A stretch of DNA of 64,000 nucleotides from the human T2T-CHM13v2.0 reference genome, Homo sapiens, in assembly GCF_009914755.1 (NCBI RefSeq), contig NC_060941.1. One strand, given 5' to 3'. The notes below the pieces were generated by a model. It was not told the origin of the DNA. It did not search any database and saw only the letters and a program-made list of their open reading frames with translations. Position 1 is the first letter of the stretch. Every line of letters begins with the position of its first letter. Below are positions 13,075 through 31,931 of the stretch, one piece after another. Both the position numbers and the translations under genes were made by a program.

Positions 13075-13142
13075 TTATTGCTGAGAACTTCCTTAAATGT
13101 GTTCTCAAGTTCAACCTGAAAGCGGAACAAGGTAAAAGTGTT

Positions 13143-13276
13143 TGTGTGTGTGTGTGTATGTATGTGTGTGTGTGTGTGTGTGTATAAAATATGTATTTAT
13201 ATATGCATACATACATATACATGTATGTATATATGTGCGTGTGTATATATATATATGTGTTGATATATATGTATAT
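13143..13276. repeat. (TG)n/(TA)n compound microsatellite
   Basis: Directly visible. Confidence 0.9.
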
Positions 13277-13800
13277 TGAAAACAAAAGGGAGGCCAATTT
13301 GATAGAAATATCAGAAAGGTCAAGCTCAGATGGCTCCAGCTTTTAACAAGGAGGATTTAGCAAGATCTTTTTCCTTAGAACCAGTTTCCTTTCACTGACT
13401 CTGCCTCTGGGCACACAAAAGCGTGCTGCCATGCAATGGGGAGTTAGTGTATTTGTGCATGGGGGTAAGGCTGCCTTTGATAAATATAAAACCCCATCAT
13501 TATCTCATTTTGGTATCTTCTGAGATTTTCCTAAACAGATGTCATGGAAAATTCACTGGGAAAGAACATAACTTGTTACAAAAGTAACCCACAGATTTTA
13601 TCTTTCTCTTTTGCCTTAAAAGTTCAAAGTTTGGAGAAAACGACTTAATTGAGATAACTTTAATAAGAAAAAGAACAGAAGGGTAATTCGTGTGGCACTG
13701 ACTGGGTAGTAGTAAATGAACTGTGTTGGATGGAAATTTAAATATCCTAAACGTCCTGTGATAGTGTGTGGCACTTTAAAAGTATTCCATTTTCTTAAAG

Positions 13801-13869
13801 TCTTCATCATTCTCATTTTGATTGTTGCTGCGCTTCATGTATTAGGAAAATGCTGCTATGAACAGAATG
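13801..13869 (+). other. Candidate exon (69 nt, or 24 nt from 13846)
   Basis: ttccattttcttaaAG and gtattAG acceptors; ATG|GTAAGT donor; 69-nt form open only as FIILILIVAALHVLGKCCYEQN. Confidence 0.3.
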
Positions 13870-14324
13870 GTAAGTTTGAGTTCATTTTTCCAAATGATGG
13901 CCTGACTTTTAAACGAACTATTTGCGGACTTGATACCAAAAAGGATGCATTTGCAAACAGTGAATTGACTTCAAGTCTATGACAAAGGGTAAAGAGATTG
14001 TTATTTGTCTATTAAAGAATCAAATCTTTGACTTTAATCATCATTTAAGTGCTTATTGAACTTGTTACTAAAATAAGGAAGTACTTCTAAAGGCCTGTAT
14101 ACTGACTGGAAAAGAGTTTATGGTAAAGCTACAACCATTAGTATGGAGCAATAAGTAGTCACTTGTGATATGCCTTCAAGATGTGGTTTCTCTCAGAATC
14201 CAAGCCTGGGTGATCTTGCAAGGCATCTGAGAATCAGCTTAATAATTTTTCCTTGGAACATTCTAAATAAATGCCCTAACCACTATCCATCTATTATAAT
14301 GCTTAAAACAAAGATAGTACGAAT

Positions 14325-14920
14325 GAATAGTGAGGATGTGAAGCAACAGGAACTCTTGTATGTTGTTCATGGGAATGCAAAATGGTACAGTCACTTTGGA
14401 AAATGGGTTGGCAGTTTCTTATAGAGTCATACATACATTTACCTATGACCCAGCAATTTTACTCTTTGGTATTTACCCAAGAAAAAAGAAAATTTAGTAA
14501 AAACTTGTACATGAATGGTTGCAGCAACTATATTCATTACTGCTAAAATCTGGAAACAATCCAAATGTTTTTCAATTGTTGAATGGATAAACAAACCATG
14601 AGATATCCATGCAATTAAATTAATTGACTAAGCAACAAGGGTGAATCCCAAATGCTTTCTTCTAAGTGAAACAAAATAGACCCAAGAGGCTACACATATA
14701 CTGAATAATTCAATTTATATGACATTCTGGAAATGTCAAAAAAATGATGAGGAAGGAGAACAGATCAATGGTTGCCTGGGGTTGGGAATGGAGGACGAGT
14801 TGACTGAAAAAGGAGAATGTGTGGGATTTTGGGGAGTGCTGAAACCATTGTGAATCAAATCCCGTGGATCTGTACACCACAAAGAGTGAATTTTACTATA
14901 TGTAAATTTTAAAATAAAGA
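14325..14920 (+). mobile_element. Old L1 (L1MD/ME) 3' end
   Basis: GGGAATGCAAAATGGTACAG..TATGACCCAGCAATT..GAATGGATAAACAAA..GTGAATTTTACTATATGTAAATT. Confidence 0.85.
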
Positions 14921-15086
14921 AAGATATATAAATAGAAACACCAAAGATTTCATCCATAATATTTCACTATGTAACTGGAATTGTAATCCAGTAAAATAGC
15001 TACAACTAATGTATACAATCATTTCTAAGAAAACTGAGGAGAAGTTGATGCTAGGAAGAGCAGCAGAATGCTAGGCTTCATTTATT

Positions 15087-15210
15087 TTCCTTCCTTCCCT
15101 TCCTTCCTTCCTTCCCTTCCTTCCTTCCTTCCTTCCTTCCTTCCTTCCTTCCTTCCTTCCTTCCTTCCTTCCTTCCTTCTTTCCTTCCTTCCTTTCTTTC
15201 TCTCTTTTCC
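15087..15210. repeat. (TTCC)n/(GGAA)n microsatellite
   Basis: 15 uninterrupted TTCC units at 15117-15176 plus flanking imperfect units. Confidence 0.97.
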
Positions 15211-15364
15211 TTTTTTGAGATAATGTCTCACTCTGTTACCCAGGCTGAGTGCAGTAGCACAATCACAACTCACTGCAGCCTCAAACTCCCGGGCTTAGGT
15301 GGTCCTCCTGCCTCTCGGCCTCCCAAAGTGCTGGGATTACAGGCATGAGCCACCTCTTCTGGCC
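15211..15364 (-). mobile_element. Alu monomer (FRAM-like)
   Basis: Single right-arm-type monomer ending in GGCC; tail replaced by (GGAA)n. Confidence 0.8.
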
Positions 15365-16249
15365 TTGATTCTTCATTAAATATAGCCGCCTCACATAGAG
15401 TGCTTTTGGTGGGTATTTTTTTGTGTACTTCCACTGGTCTCTGGGCCATGTACCTACTTTCTGCTGCACATCCACTAAGAAGCTCTAGTTGCTTCACACT
15501 TCAACTTAATAATGATCAGCAGATCACCAAGTCTCCGGAGAAAAGGGTTAGACCACTTGTTAAGTCAACAAACACATATTTAGTGTTTATCAGATTCCTA
15601 AACACTTTTCTAGGCGGTGGAGATTCATCAGCTTAAATGCATAGAATTCACCCTCTCCCCAGCAGCTTTAATTTGGTATTTATAGCATTCAGTAGTTAAA
15701 AATCTTCACCTTGGACTTGTTTACCTACCAATTACTGCACACTTTCAAATTGGGCTGAATTTCAACTGGTAATTAAAGTTGATTTTGAAAGCATAAAAAG
15801 GCAGTGTTAAAAAATCCCAGTATCAACTGGGTGGCCTCAGTCATTTTCAGTGTTGTTGCTCAAGTTTGTGACTCAAAAGCACTTGGTACTCCACAAGTTG
15901 AAATTCTGGGAACTGCTTGACAATTTCAGTTAGCTATAAAATTTTGGGTAACAAGCATTAATTTGTTTATTTGAAGATAATATATAGAAATGAGAAGTGC
16001 TGCTTGTGAGATCCTGGGGGGACACTAGGTAAGAACATTCCATCTTTTAGGAACAAACTATTAATATGTAACAGATATGTTAACAATTATTTAGCCAGGC
16101 AAAACTATTCTGAGTGCACGGGAGTTAGCAGTTCTCTACACCTTTGAGAAAGGACTTAGAATGACAAGAATCCATTTTTCCATCCTAGATGAGAGTCTGT
16201 GCAGGAATTGATTTAAAAAAAAAAAAACACTAAGGGGGTATATTAAGGA

Positions 16250-17150
<901 letters not shown>

Positions 17151-18329
17151 TTCATTAAGAATTGTCACTCTCTGTGATAACATGTAACATTGGTTGATGT
17201 GTTAATCCTAAGCCAAGAAAAAGTTGAAAATAATGCCAGGATGTTGACTGGCTTCATTAAGGTCTTTTATTTTATGCTGCATGAAATATGTTAAGACACT
17301 TCCCATGTAGGTCACCCTTTAAAAAAGTAAGCAAGTCAATGGACGACAGAATACAAACAACCTAAAGTTAGTTATCTATTCTCTCACCCTTCCCAGGCAG
17401 CTCATTCACCACCAAAACAAGATCATTGACCTCCAGTTCCATTTTGTCCTTAACTGATGGCATGTTAAGGAGTCTGTTCGCAATTAGGACAACGTTCCAA
17501 TTTCTTTGTTTCAACACTAATAAAGTGGTCTTTCTTACATCTTTCTTGCAAGAATTGCATAAAGCTCTTGCTTGAGAGGAAACTTGGTTTTTGTAAGGCT
17601 TCTGCATTTGATACCTGATGGGATTTCCTGGTTTGAGGAAATTTTAACCAGATTTAGCTTTTTGATTTTCATTTTTCAAAACAGCAATTTAAAACAACAC
17701 AAATGAGAACCATGAGTATTTCACTATTTTACTTTGTTGTGAGGAATTCAAAAAGAATGAATGTTTCTTAATAAAACGCAAATTATTTAAGTTTAATTTG
17801 GATTTCTTAGCCAATTACCAATTTTTCTCATCCTAAGGGAGTTCACTTGGGAGCCCTCAAACTGTATTGGAGTTTTTCGATTTTGTGACTTAAAAAAACG
17901 AAAAAAAAAAAAAACTTAGCAAAGAGTGATTTCATGCTTTAAAAGACGATGAAAAATGGTTGTGAAATTAACTCAAGGTTTTTCAGACATCAAACAGTTT
18001 TGATTTTCTTTATTTCTGACCCCATAAATATTTTCATGTGCTAAGTGCACAAGCATCAAAAACATATAAATTAAAATAAATGTTCACTATTGAACAAAAA
18101 AGGAAAGGGCTTAGCAAAACGTGATGCCTCTGAATAGACAAGACTGGTCAGGACCAAGGGCCACCAGCTTTCAGGAATTTGTTCTGAAGTCAGTCAGATG
18201 ATTCAGATTATCAAGGTAGATATTACAATTTAACCATGAAAAATCTGAGCTTTTGCCCTTATTCTTTAGAAATAAGTCCCCAGAGTTTTAGCTAGGATTA
18301 TAAATATCTTAAATAAGACAATTCTTCCA

Positions 18330-18620
18330 AGATTCCTTTGCAGTTAGTGTGCACCAGTAACAAAGTTCGGCCAGTGATATATAAATGAAAGCAATGGTGT
18401 AACTTCCTGGAAGGAAGAGACATGTTCTTTTCCCTTTCTTTTCTCCTCCCTCAGGAGCTGCAACAATCAGTTTGGACCAAGGTGTAGAGAATGGTAGTGT
18501 TGCAAGATTGAAGGAACTTAAGTGCATGAGGATTAAGTCACTGTTATATTTTCTATTACTCATAACCAAACCGGATTTAACTAATTCAGTTAGCTACTCT
18601 GAAAACTAACAATATCTTAA
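18330..18620 (+). mobile_element. Old MaLR (MLT1J/K-like) LTR fragment
   Basis: AAGTTCGGCCAGTGA..AACTTCCTGGAAG..GGAGCTGCAACAATC. Confidence 0.4.
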
Positions 18621-18861
18621 AAGTCCGCTGTGAGGACGAAATGAGATCATGTAGGTAAACCATCTATCTTACTGGAATGTCTACAGAAGGTAAAATAAAT
18701 GTTAATTATCTTCTCTTTTCCATGATAACTGAAGTTTTAAAGACCTTCATCCGTGAAAATATCTCAATGAGAATGATCTTCAAAGTTAATGGAAAGCAAT
18801 ATTTTTGACTTGGAGGTAGAGATGACTTTAGAAGGACAATAAAAAAACTTATTCTGTTTCT

Positions 18862-19900
18862 TAATTCATCCATTTACATAAATTTATTCAACATATTTTA
18901 AGTACTGATTATACTGCAAGCACTGTGCTAGGAATTATCATTTAAAGTAAAACTTACGTTTTGCCTGTGGTAAGCTCAAATTCCATCAAAAAGGCAGACA
19001 AGCAGTAATGAAGATATAGTATGACAAATACTATTGTTAGAAATATTCACAAAAACATACTATGGGAATAGAAAAGAAAGTAGCTCAGTCTGTCTGAGGA
19101 AGCAAGGAAGATTTTATGAAGGAGAAATTGAACAGAGAGCTAAAAGAGTGAATTGATATTTGGTAGGTAGTGAAGGGAAGAAAACTTTTTTTAAAAATAA
19201 AGAGAACACCATGTTGGAGCATGAAATGCATATTTAGTGGATAAGGGTGTAGTTTTGCAAGGCTGGTGTATTAGGTGTGGAAGTATTCTGAGATATGGCT
19301 AACCAGTAGGTTACCATCAGATTGTGACAGAAGATAGATCTAGTGGCAGCACAGAGAATACATTATCAGTTCATATATATGGGGCAACATGACCCCAATA
19401 GACCATATAGGGTATATATTCAGGGCATGGTAGAAAACTAATATTTCAGCAGAAATGGGAAAGGTGAAAATATTCAAGAAAACCTTGGAGATGAAATCAG
19501 CATTATTTGATGACTCTTTGAATGTTGTGGTAAAAGGGAAAAGTAAGTCTAGAGACCTCTTGGGTTACTAGACAAGCCAAGCCATGTAAAGCCATTAAGC
19601 AAAATAGAAAAGATGGAGACATGAAGGAAGATGTTTTTTAGATTAACTAGGTTATAATGAATTCTATTTGTCCATATGTCATTGAGGTGAAGATATTCAA
19701 TTGAAAGTAGGTAAAATGAATCTGAAGTTCAGGGCTAATAATTTCTGAGTTGTATGAGGGTCTTTGACCAAATGGGGAGAGAGAGAGACCAGAGAAGGAC
19801 TGTGATCTTCCAAGAAAAGCACTTTTAGAGTAAGACAGAAAAGCTGAATCCTGAGGAATACATTATTTAAGAAAGAAAGAAGCTAGGCATACCCAAAATT
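18862..19900 (-). mobile_element. L2
   Basis: ATTCATCCATTT..TTCAACATATTT..GCACTGTGCTAGG L2 3'-end signature followed by purine-rich body. Confidence 0.6.
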
Positions 19901-20059
19901 GGCTCAGAAATTAAGGAAGATAACAAGAAATGTTTTGAAGTTAAATTATGCAATGGAATGCTTCAATATTCAGAATATTACAGAATAGTATAGAAATTTG
20001 TATTAGACACCTCTGCACTTACCACTGAGGTTTAACAACTGTTCTAGAAATTTTACAGT

Positions 20060-23964
<3,905 letters not shown>

Positions 23965-24019
23965 CTTGAACATTCAGTTTGCCCTTGTAAAGACTGTATT
24001 GTGTAGCTATTGAATGCAA

Positions 24020-24450
24020 CCAGGAAAAAAAAGTAATGGAATATCTTGAATACCTTTATGCCAATCAATCTGACACTTAGATGAAATGAACAAATTCCTT
24101 GAAAGATACAAACCACCAAAACGAATGTAACACAAAATAGAAAAATCTGTATAGCCACAGGCAGTTCTTTATACATTCTGAATATAGTGCTTTTTTCAAA
24201 TTGATAAATTGTAAATATTTTCTCCTGGGCCATGGCTTACATTTTCATTTTTCTTATTGGTGCTCACTGAAGAGAAGATGTTCTAATTTTGATGAAGTCT
24301 GATTTATCAATTTTCTTCATAATGTTTTCGCATCCTGTCTTGTCTATCCTGGGTAGGGAATGTATTCTCTGTCTTCTTCTAGAGCTGTTTTACATTTAGC
24401 TTTTACATTCTTGTTTATACTTCGTCTTGAATTAAATTGTGCATGCAGTG
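24020..24450. mobile_element. Old L1 ORF2 fragments, + (24020-24158) abutting - (24160-24450)
   Basis: TTAGATGAAATGAACAAATTCCTTGAAAGATACAA (sense); TTCTTTATACATTCTG..TTTTGATGAAGTC (antisense). Confidence 0.7.
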
Positions 24451-27339
24451 TGACAAGTCTCAGCTACTTCATACTACACATAATGCAGAAAGCCCTCTAG
24501 GGAAGATACTGTATTAAATGGGACTCTCACCCAGTGTGACTTCCTCCTTTCAAAGATCCAAAGCCCCCTGCTTTCTGCTTGTTTCCTCACTCTACAGTGC
24601 CTTCAAAATGTTTTTTACATTTTGCTCAGCTTCTAATTGTTATTCTCAGGCATATCATTCCATTCCACCGCTGGGCTCAAAAGTTCCTGAGTCTCTTTTT
24701 AAAACCACATGTCTGACTGTATTTAAAATCTCCAGCAATTCTGAAAAATTTCCAGCTACTCTCCATTTAAATATTTCTTTTATTCTCTGTTCTCTCTACT
24801 TTCTCCTGTTATAATTTCTATTAGACATTTTTGTACTTCCTTATTCTGTCCTTATTTCTGTTAATGTTTTATATTCTGAATTTCCTTTTCTCTTTATACT
24901 GTATTCCGAATAATTTCCCCAGTTCCATTTTCCAGATTACTAATTCTCATTTCAACAGCAGTTTAATTTGTCCAATGATCTTTTTTCTTGCTTTGATCAC
25001 ATATCTTAATTCTGGACTTCCCTGTCTTTCCCCAAATCTGTTTATTTTTGTCCTTGTGTTTTTATTATTTATTTTATATCCTTAACTATTTGACTTATAT
25101 CTGTGTTACAGTCTTTTTACATGATTCTATTACTTCAAATTTTATGTATACTAATATCCCTGTTTGTTGATCCAACCTCATGTATTGTTTCTTTTATCAG
25201 TTTTTATTGTGGGCACCTTCAGCAGAGGTTGATATTTTATTTTTCTCGGTGAAACTGTATGTGCTTTCAGTTTACTCTGCAGTTTGCTCCTGAAATTTCA
25301 AGGGCTTGTGACCTGTCTGTATGTTGATTTCTCACGTTGGGGAAACAAGTACCATGTAAGTATCATAAACTTTGCCCCATATTGATATATTGTGCTGGTC
25401 TGACATGTTTTATTTCCAATAAAAAACTTAATTGTCTCCTCCTATTAAGAAGATCACAGGCAGATATGTGCATTTTTAATGTCATATTCATAGACCATTG
25501 ATTAGGTTATATCTAGCACATGTCTTATAGTGGGTCAAAGCTAGACCTAACCTATCTGATGTAAGGGTCTCAGTTCTAATTCTCAATCAAATGCTAGATC
25601 CATGCAACCTCTATATTAATTAAAATATCAGCCTCTAGTCTCTATGATCTATCTCTAGTCTCAGATTCTGGAGTTCCTAGTGCATCCATTCATAAACTTA
25701 TCTCTCTGACTTTAGTTGCCTCTTTAGTTCTGGAACCTGAAAATTTGTCTTTTTTTTTTTTTTTGTCATTTGAGTGCAGCTGTACGACTAATCAAATATT
25801 CCTGTTGCAGTGAGAAGAAAGAGTCTCTAATTTCCAGTAAAACTTGAAGTTCCCATTAGATTTTAGATTTTATTAGATTTTGTTTTTCTTGAAGGCATGT
25901 AGTGGTATGTTTTATTTATATGTTTATCTTCTGTCGCACTTAGTATAGTAGTATAAAACTCCACTGCTGCTTAATAAAAATAAAAAAAATGAAAAAAGGC
26001 ATCTTTAAATAGTAAAGGCTAAAAGAGAAGGCATTCATGTTTTAAATAGATGAATTCTCTCTCCCAACCTCAAGTAGTCAAAAGAGTTAGGTGGTGGGGG
26101 CGACATATGGTGGACGTTATTCCCTTCCTTGGTACTGTATCAACAATTGCAATGTACTGCTTCATTTCAAAAAGAAAAAAAGTACCATGCTGGTTGCTGT
26201 CCACAGAAATTCTGCCAACATCCTAGTGGTTGCTGGTTTGTAATTTTATGGGTTTCCAGAGAATCAAACACTGTATTATTATGTTTGGCTACTAACTCGG
26301 GTCAGCAGTTCAAAAGGAGAAAGAAGGGGAGTGAAATGGGTTGGAGGGAAAAGAGAGAGCACACATGACCTGGTATATTTAAAACAATAGATTTAACGTA
26401 TTGAATTTGAATCCATCTTTACTGAATCTCAATTTCATTTTTAACAGACAAAAATTAGTCTATGTTAAAAGCTGTGTTTTATGTATAAATAGAAGATGTG
26501 GCCATTGTGAACCAGTTTTAATTTTGACTGGAGAATAAAGTAATAGGTTCTTTTTTCCATGGATATCCTTTTACAAAGATTTTGAGATGGGAGATTTTTA
26601 TTCAACAATGACAAAAACAAATAGATTTTTGAACATACCCCTGATCCTGAATCCCTCTCCTTTCACAATATACTTATTTACTTAAATATAATTTGTAGAA
26701 ATATTGACATTAAATACTACAATTATAATTATTGCTATTATTTAAAATAATTCCGTAATTATGGAGCGATTAAAATATATAAACTATGTGACGATCTTAA
26801 ACAATATGTGCATTTTTTCAGAAAGTGAACTTTGTATTATTAATATAAGAAACTCTATGTCTTGACCATATCATTATTGAAATACGTTTCCTTGATATTT
26901 TCTTTAGTCTTCGAAGATCATAGGTATACATGTAACTCTTCTAACAAGCATAGCATGAACAATCTTCTTATAGGACCAAGAAGAAGTCATGTTTGATTTC
27001 TTTGCATAGTTTGTTTATTTGCCTTGGATTCAGAAGGAGCTAGGAGAAGAATGGGTAAAATAGTGTGATTACCATTGTATTTAACATAATACAAATGGAT
27101 GAATCCTGGATCTACTGCCTGTCTTTCCTGCTCCGTTCTCACAATAATCATTTAGTGGTATGAGCTCCCTAGTTAGCTGGCTGCCTAAGAGGCCCAAAAT
27201 AAACAGGAAGGCATTGTGCACTGGCATTAGAAAAGCATCAGACACGTTAAAACTGCTTATTATTACTATTTAAGGTAAAAGTGCACATAGGTGAACGTAT
27301 TTTATTAATTTATCTATTATATTAATATTCTATTATTCT

Positions 27340-28720
27340 TTCATCATACGAGAATTTGTGGAACACTTATTTTATGTTATAGACACTAGGAATGAAATAG
27401 TAAAGAAGGAAAATTTGCTTCCAAGGAACATCCATTCAGGCATAAAGGTATAAAAAGCAAGGAAATAAATGAGTTCTGTGGATAAAATAGAGATAAGACC
27501 CAGGAGCGGCTTGCTTGTACTGGAAGAACAGAGTGGTTAGAGATGGCCTTTCTCAGAAGATAACATGTATCCAGGCACCTGAAGGACAAAAGGGAACCTC
27601 TTGTTTAAAGATTGAAGAAAGGCATTCACAGCATGTAAACAGAACCCAGGCTCTCCCCTAAACATCTTTGGGTTGCATAGTGACAGTACAAATGGTGGCC
27701 CACACACCCTCATCTAGTTAAAAGTTATAAATCTAGCTAACAAACTGTCAATACAATATTTTCTATTCTCCCACCTTGACACGTTGCCTTCATAACAGCC
27801 TGGAAAGCCTGCTTTGAATATAGAATTCTTGCCTTTCTTGAAATTTTTTGTTGGCACATGGCAGCATAAAGGAGAGCTAACCCTATCCCTAGGCCTGTTC
27901 CCCAATCTCTTCTCATCCCTGGGTCCTTCCTACAATGTAAGAAGCCTCCACGTTTCATGTAGATATCCTAGTCCATACATTGAAACTCTGTCCACATCCT
28001 ACTCTCAGCCACCCCTTGGTAATCTCTGGAGCCCAGAGGGTGCATACACCTGTGGTGTGACTCCTCAGCCTCTGAAGATCAGATTTAGGGAAAAAGAAGA
28101 GGCCTGTGTAGGTCGTGGAAGCAGGCTCAGGAACATTTAAGGAGAAAATCTTAGGCCTTTGGGTATAGGTAGTGTGGTCTAAAGGGGAGAGGTTGTGGAT
28201 ACCAGGAGGGCATGACCCTTTCATCCTGTAGACTCCTAGCCCTGTAGAAGGGACTGAAGCTGATGGGAGGACAGAGTGAGGCTTTCTACACTTTTAGGCT
28301 CAGGACAGCAACCCTTCTTGCCCAGGTCTAACATGGTAATTAACCAGACTAAAGAGGTTTTTCAGAAGAAGTATTGTGCACAACTTATGTGGGCTTGGTC
28401 ATCTGAGGGGGCCAACAGAACAAACTCCATGTCAACATTTTCAACCTGTCTGACCTTGCTGAAAGTCTTCCCAGATCCAACACCTGTGAATGCTAAAGTT
28501 CTGGAGCTGTGACTGAGGTTGGGACAGTTTAGAAAAATCAAAAAGGCTAGGATGCCTGGATGGAGTGAACAAGGAGATGGAGTAGAGAGAAAAGCAGGAG
28601 CCAGAACACACAGGGACTTTTTGGTCATCTTTAGGAGTAATTTTTCCCAAGTATAAAGGAAGGTTGTTAATTTGAGCATAATCTACTATGCTTCAAATTT
28701 ATCTTATATGAACATTTTTG
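27340..28720 (-). mobile_element. L2, split by a MER45-type element
   Basis: GAACACTTATTTTATGTTATAGACACTAGG..; resumes ~28515 with GGAGTGAACAAGGAGA. Confidence 0.55.
27645..28400. mobile_element. MER45-family hAT-Tip100 DNA transposon relic
   Basis: AGTACAAATGGTGGCCCACA..AAAAGTTATAAATCTAGCTAACAAACTGT..CCACCTTGACA..CCTTCATAACAGCCTGGAAAGCC. Confidence 0.7.
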
Positions 28721-28849
28721 TCTGCTAAAAGTGATCCTCTAAAATGGTGGACTGGGTTGTGGATTCGAAGGAATAGTTTCTAGTTAAGCCTGTGGCACCA
28801 CTTTTCCCCTCTCCACCTTCCATAAAATAGATATTCTTACTACAAGAAC

Positions 28850-29170
28850 ACCTGCATGGAGAAAGTATTACCAGATCCATTTCATGGGTAAGACAATGGA
28901 GGCTCAGAGGGTTCTATAGAGCTGCAGAATGAAAAACAGTTAGGGACATTGAGACTTCTGATTTGAGTCCTGAGTATCCTGTATGTTGGCCATGCCTCTT
29001 CGGATAAGTTAACTTCTCTACACTTAATTAATAACTCATCTGATAAATAGTGATAATAATAGTATTCACTACATGAGGTTGTTGAGGTAATTTAAATGAG
29101 GTAATGTAAATAGTGCATTTAGCAAAATGACACATAAAGTATGGTCAATGAACATTTGTTTATTGTAATT
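28850..29170. mobile_element. MIR fragments
   Basis: GGAGGCTCAGAGG; CTCATCTGATAAATAG..GGTTGTTGAGGTAATTTAAATGAG. Confidence 0.55.
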
Positions 29171-30089
29171 ACTGCTACTACCACTACAACTAACTCCACT
29201 CATTATTATTTAGGGCTATATTATAAACAATTAAGGAAAGTTACATTTAGGTTTCCTGATTCAAACACTAGTGCCCTGGCAACCTTAAATGTGGCTATTT
29301 AATCATACGCACACACACACACAAATTAAAGAGCACCCCTATTTGTAGATAACCACCATTATATTATGAAGGGTATGGTATTTCATAATTTTGTAAAGGC
29401 AAAGCCACTCCTCTGTCTGTACAATCTCACTCACCGTGAAGCTGGTTTGGAATCAGCAGCTGGAGGAAGCTCTGGAGTGTTCTCACAAATGAAGTGTGAC
29501 AGCTCTGAAAATATAAAGCAGTGAGCTACAAAAACTAATTATAATTTATCTTTAGGCTTCAGAGCTTGAGGTTCAAACCTCCCTGTCTCTGTCTCTCACA
29601 CAGACACATACAAACATACATACACGTACACACACACATTTATACACATGCACATGAACACACACATACACACCGTCATTAGACATATGTGCAGTGTTTT
29701 CTATATTGACCTCTTCTCTCTTCAACCCACTTTGGTGTCCTACAATTATAATCAATAACTATATATAGATGTGCCACACTTGAAATTCCAACATGATGGT
29801 AAATATCCTTTCCATTAGACTTCGCATTATATCCATGAAAGTTGAGTGGATTAGGATATGGTAAGAAGGTTGTTTTTTAGAATAAAATATTTTGTTCTTA
29901 GACATTCTACCAAGACATTGTATTGCTTCTGGGAAAACTTCTAGCCGTTGTGTGTGGTAAGAATTTTGAGCTCAGGCCGACTGGGATCAAATCCTGGCTC
30001 TCTACTAGGGCAAGTTTCAAACACTATGAAGCTCAATTTCTTTTTCTGTAGGGAGAACTACCATAAATAACTACTTTTGTTATTGTTAA

Positions 30090-30126
<37 letters not shown>

Positions 30127-30217
30127 TTGCAACCAAGACTGAGAGAGTCTGAGAAATCTGTAGTAATCCAAATCCACCACTCAAGGGGAAACTATTTGAT
30201 GAATATCTTAAAGAACA

Positions 30218-30756
30218 AGTTCTCAGCCTAAGTTTCTCAGAGAGCAAAGCCTGGGGCAAGGGCTGTGTGTGGGCAGCTCATTTTTGGAAGCAACTTCAGA
30301 TATGAGGAGTGGAGAACTGGGGAAAATGAGTCAAGGATAACAGAGAAGTCAATTAATAGGAACATTCTTAAGTTAATCTCCACTGGGCTCAGTAGTTCCA
30401 TTGCCTGTCCCTACAGTGTTCCTCTAAGCAACTGGGTATAATACAGCTTACAATTGCCCATCTGAAAGAAGAAAAGGGTATTTATCCACTAGCTTCCATC
30501 TCCCATGTTCAAGTGTTGGCCCATGGAGCAGCAACTCCCTAGAGCATCCAGGATTCATGTGTGTTGGTGCTGGGAATGTTTTTATAATCATCTCACTGTG
30601 TGGATGTGAGAGAGGGCCCATGGCAGAAGTGAAAGATACTTGTTTCAGCTGAAGAAAGGGGCTGTCAGATCACACTGCTGCTAGCTGGCTGCCCATGGTC
30701 CTAGTAAAAGATGAACCAGGAGGATGTGAGAACGGGCCCAAGGTCAATCTTCTACA
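30218..30756 (-). mobile_element. ERVL LTR (LTR33/LTR16-like)
   Basis: GCAAAGCCTGGGGCAAGGG..TATTTATCCACTAGCTTCCATC..ends CTTCTACA. Confidence 0.45.
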
Positions 30757-30839
30757 AGCATTTTCTCTAACAAGAGGATCATAGTAACAATGGCTGAGTA
30801 GCCATCTTTACTAGGATTTGCAAGAATATGAACTGCTTA

Positions 30840-31224
<385 letters not shown>

Positions 31225-31227
31225 CTA

Positions 31228-31447
31228 ATGTAAAGTTTTTCAACTTTGGCACTATTTACATACTGGGCTAGATACAATTTCTCTGTGGGCTGGGCTGGCT
31301 TGAGCACTGCAGAGTCTTGGCAGTATCTCTGGTCTCTATCTACTAGATACCTGCGGCAGTTTTCCCTCCTTCCCCCACCCAGTGTCTCCAGACCTTACCA
31401 GATATTCCTAAGTTTCAGGCAATTGCCCCTAGTTGAGAACCACTTAT
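31228..31447. mobile_element. MER20 (hAT-Charlie MITE)
   Basis: TCAACTTTGGCACTATTTACAT..CTCTATCTACTAGAT..TGTCTCCAGAC..GTTGAGAACCACT. Confidence 0.85.
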
Positions 31448-31931
31448 CTAATAAAACTGAGATGTTTCTCCCACCTCCCATTTTCTCTCTACTCTCCAAC
31501 CCACAACCAAGGATCCCCAAAGCTGTTCTACTGTGGCCCATGCACAAGTGTCTCATATCTATGACTTGCACCTGCATCCTAGTGACCTGAACCAACCAAG
31601 GTTTTTCTCTGCAGCTCTGTTGACTAGAAGGGCTGTTTAAAGCAACTTGATGGGGCCAGTGCAACGGGATGTAATTAAGAGCAGTTAAATCGAAGAATCT
31701 TCTGAAAGAAAAAATATGAAGGGATTACTCAAATAATTTGTCACAATAAGTTATGTTTAAAAATATTTTTATGTGTTTTTCTCCATGTTAAAACATCCGT
31801 CATTTCAAAAGGAACAGTTGAAAGAGTAGTTTAGAAGGTTTTCTTTGGTAAGCATACACCAGACCAGCAAGTTAAGGAAGATAATATAAGTCTCCCCAGG
31901 AACAATTTTTCCCCTTTCAAATGTTACATGC

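Noticed and set aside
24020-24450. Opposed L1 fragments as a twin-priming product
   Set aside because: Orientation is convergent rather than divergent and no TSD is visible
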